Part shown: piece after piece, positions 54,125 through 55,131 of the stretch
How positions within the stretch are numbered: the stretch's first letter is position 1
Layout of the letters: every line of letters starts with the position of its first letter
Origin: Fonticula alba ATCC 38817
Taxonomy: Eukaryota; Protista; Nucleariida
Assembly: GCA_000388065.2 (NCBI GenBank)
Contig: KB932213.1
DNA length: 55,131 nucleotides
Direction: 5' to 3' (one strand)
The notes under the pieces: generated by a model
The model's input: only the letters and a program-made list of their open reading frames with translations
Told to the model about the DNA's origin: nothing
Database searches by the model: none
Position numbers and translations under genes: made by a program

Positions 54125-55131
54125 TCCGGTGGTGGGGCAGGCCTGAGGCAAGTCTTTTGTCCGGTTCCCGGCGGGCGCCGGATGCCGAGGCGGCTGTCGA
54201 GGAGGGGCACCCATGCAGGCTGGTGGGTGCCGGCTGCGCGTCTGCCGGGTCCACTGTCGGGGCCAGGGGCGGATGGACGCAGGGCTGGAGCATCGGGAGC
54301 CGGCAGCATGGGCCGGGTGTCCTGCCGGGCCATCGTCCGCCGGGATGGCGGGGTCCGGTGTTTGGGCTCCGACGGCCGATGGGTGTGAAGCCCGCCGCTC
54401 GGACCGAAGCGTGCGAAAGACACCTCCCCGGGGGGGGGGGCCGGAGGGGGGATGCCACGCTTGCTGGCGTGCGGCCCCGCGCGATGCCTGAGTGGGCGCC
54501 CGGCGATTGTTCCGGGGCCGACCTGGGCCGCGTGCACATGCAGCCCCGGCGCGATGGCCCGCAGGCGAGGGTGGAGTCGGCCGCGCGAGGGCCCGGGCGC
54601 CGGTCGGCCCGCACGCGCCCTTCATGGTGGGCACGGCCCGGCGGCCACCAGCGGGCGAGGCCGCTTGTCCGCCGTGTGCTCGTCGCGGTGTCCGGAGGCG
54701 CGGCGCGAGAAGCCACATGGCCCAAGGGGGAGCCTCGAGGCGCACGAGAGACTCGGCCATGTGCTGGCCGATGCGGGCAGCTGCCCTGGGAGATGGGGTC
54801 GCGAGGCTGGGCCGTTCGTCTGCCGGGCCCGGCGGCACGGTCTGGCGTCTTTGCCGGGCGGGAGCGCCCCGGCCCGGCCGCACCAGCGTTGCCGGTCATC
54901 CAGCCGGGCTCGGCAGTCGAGCGGGCCCGGAGGGGCACTGGTGGCCGGCCTGCCTGGTGGCCGGCACCCGGGCCGATGGCTGCCCCTTCCGGCTGGACGG
55001 GCTGGCGGGTGTGGTGAAAGGCCCGCAAGGCGGTGCGTGTCGCGGGCGACCCGGCTCAAGCAAGCCACGGGCAGTGGCATGTCCGGGGGTTGCTTGATCT
55101 GGGGACCCGCTTGGCCAGGGGGGGGGGGGGG

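Noticed and set aside
55056-55097. 8-bp inverted repeat TCAAGCAA/TTGCTTGA enclosing a small hairpin
   Set aside because: Short, near the window edge, with no promoter, terminator or other context; compatible with chance.
1-55131. Bacterial origin, rRNA, tRNA-Sec or transposase/reverse transcriptase
   Set aside because: Spliceosomal introns and eukaryote-specific genes exclude a bacterial origin. No rRNA signature, TCA-anticodon tRNA, or DDE/YxDD-containing ORF was seen.

Overview
Very GC-rich, intron-containing eukaryotic genomic DNA with long G/C homopolymers and 11 assembly gaps. Gene content, codon bias and intron style suggest a unicellular opisthokont protist (Fonticula-like; this is inference only). 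I modelled spliced genes by hand from GT..AG sites and frame continuity. In order: NDUFS1/complex I 75 kDa (+), an NSRP1/CCDC55-like splicing factor (-), an Ima1/TMEM201-like nuclear-envelope protein (-), a membrane-anchored PA-M28 aminopeptidase (+), V-ATPase subunit A (-, 5' end in a gap, one corrupted segment), CTR9 (+), an intronless 835-aa orphan (-), PIG-A (+), a divergent malonyl-CoA decarboxylase (-), and a large ARM-like/SPRY-like protein (-, 5' end in a gap). Two tRNA clusters flank the last gene, with 11 intronless tRNA genes for 10 amino acids. Most notable: a Gly-Thr tRNA tandem with a 7-nt spacer; a TATA box inside a perfect inverted repeat, with candidate structured small RNAs on both sides (one with partial U1-like motifs); a 14/16 phase-1 intron bias with repeat-sized exons in the ARM-SPRY gene; near-universal GTNCG 5' splice sites; and identical inverted tRNA-Thr copies bracketing about 11.7 kb. 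No CRISPR, rRNA or recognisable transposase was found.
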